DNA of 64,000 nucleotides from Promethearchaeota archaeon (GTDB lineage Archaea; Asgardarchaeota; Lokiarchaeia; Sigyniarchaeales; SOKP01): NCBI GenBank assembly GCA_019058365.1, contig JAHPZE010000010.1, positions 1 to 64,000 of the forward strand, read 5' to 3'. Shown piece by piece: positions 63,333 to 64,000 of this stretch (position 1 is its first letter; each line of letters starts with the position of its first letter). The notes under the pieces were generated by a model. It saw only the letters and a program-made list of their open reading frames with translations, ran no database searches and was not told where the DNA came from. The position numbers and the translations under genes were made by a program.

Positions 63333-64000
63333 ATATACAAAATCTAATGAAACATTTGTAAATCCTTACTTTTTCATACCATTGGAGAATAAATGTATAA
63401 AAACTTATAATTTAGAAGATATAATGAAAGATAAAGGATTATTAACAGGATGGATAGAATGTGAATTAGAAACCAAAACACCAATATTTATCCCAAATAC
63501 GACTAATAATGATATATTCCATTTTAGAACTAAAAATAATGAACAAGTACAGAGTTACGAATTCTACTCCTACGAGGATCTAAGTGAGGAGAACAATCCC
63601 GATCGAACACCCTCAAAAAAACCTATTATCCCTGGCAGTGAAATAAGAGGGATGATTCGCACTTCTTTTGAAGCTGTAACTAATTCTTGTTTATCAACGA
63701 TAAATGAGGGGCAAATTCTTTATAGAAGAGTTAGTATTCCAGCCGAGCCAGGGCGTATTGAAAGAAAAGATGATAATGCTTGGCAAATACAACCTTGTAA
63801 TAAATATAAACTTAATATAAGGCGATTTCAACAAGAGATAAATGGATTTGTTGAAGGAGAGCCGATATCTTTTACTGCCAATCAAAAATTATATATTACA
63901 AAAATAAATAATCAAGGAACTGGTATAAAAGGTTACTTCCATCAAGGAGAGAAAATGGATAGAAAAAATAATGAATCTGTATTTGTGCCTAATCTCGAAA
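63325..64000 (+). CDS. Large Cas7 with insertion (TIGR03986-like RAMP), truncated by window end; not in the ORF track
   Basis: FVNPYFFIPL, TGWIECELETKTPIFIP, PIIPGSEIRGMIRTSFEAVTNSC; apparent ATT start. Confidence 0.88.
   Translation, partial: MPRYTKSNETFVNPYFFIPLENKCIKTYNLEDIMKDKGLLTGWIECELETKTPIFIPNTTNNDIFHFRTKNNEQVQSYEFYSYEDLSEENNPDRTPSKKPIIPGSEIRGMIRTSFEAVTNSCLSTINEGQILYRRVSIPAEPGRIERKDDNAWQIQPCNKYKLNIRRFQQEINGFVEGEPISFTANQKLYITKINNQGTGIKGYFHQGEKMDRKNNESVFVPNLE

Noticed and set aside
354-63885. Many short antisense or overlapping ORFs in the track (e.g. 4140..4439, 16879..17247, 30272..30601, 46045..46386, 61742..62047)
   Set aside because: Shadow ORFs of well-supported genes, with no motifs
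1-64000. tRNA, rRNA, transposase or integrase genes
   Set aside because: No recognisable examples seen

Overview
AT-rich archaeal chromosomal segment, most likely an Asgard (Lokiarchaeia-like) genome. This is inferred from GGAGGTG-type ribosome-binding sites, a split archaeal-type glutamate synthase, an Sds22-like LRR protein and a B-box-like zinc finger. The left part (1-25 kb) is nitrogen metabolism: carA, an inverted orphan membrane PAS histidine kinase, carB, an Lrp/AsnC-domain gene, a GNAT, a heterodimeric ABC exporter, and a minus-strand run glnA - tandem gltB2-like fusion - gltB1/3 - etfB - etfA - nadE. The middle (25-36 kb) is accessory: an LRR protein, a radical SAM gene with two paralogous unknowns, two GT87-like glycosyltransferases and decayed genes. 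The right part (36.8-64 kb) is a large CRISPR-Cas locus: a type I-B interference module, an adaptation module (cas1-cas2-cas4) flanked by two non-canonical genes, an array of about 106 repeats, and a type III-D (III-Dv-like) module running off the window end. The best candidate for something new is in carB. Its conserved N-terminal motif GQAGE-FDYSG is interrupted by a 30-nt insert carrying an in-frame stop. The insert folds into a bulge-helix-bulge-like structure whose canonical cut sites remove exactly 30 nt and restore the motif, which points to a tRNA-type mRNA intron in a metabolic gene. Other notable points are recurrent apparent ATC/ATA/ATT start codons behind strong SD sequences, a glutamate synthase apparently partnered with an ETF, and a solitary degenerate CRISPR repeat next to a duplicated promoter region and a B-box-like mini-gene. 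All family assignments come from motif recognition by eye; no database searches were run.
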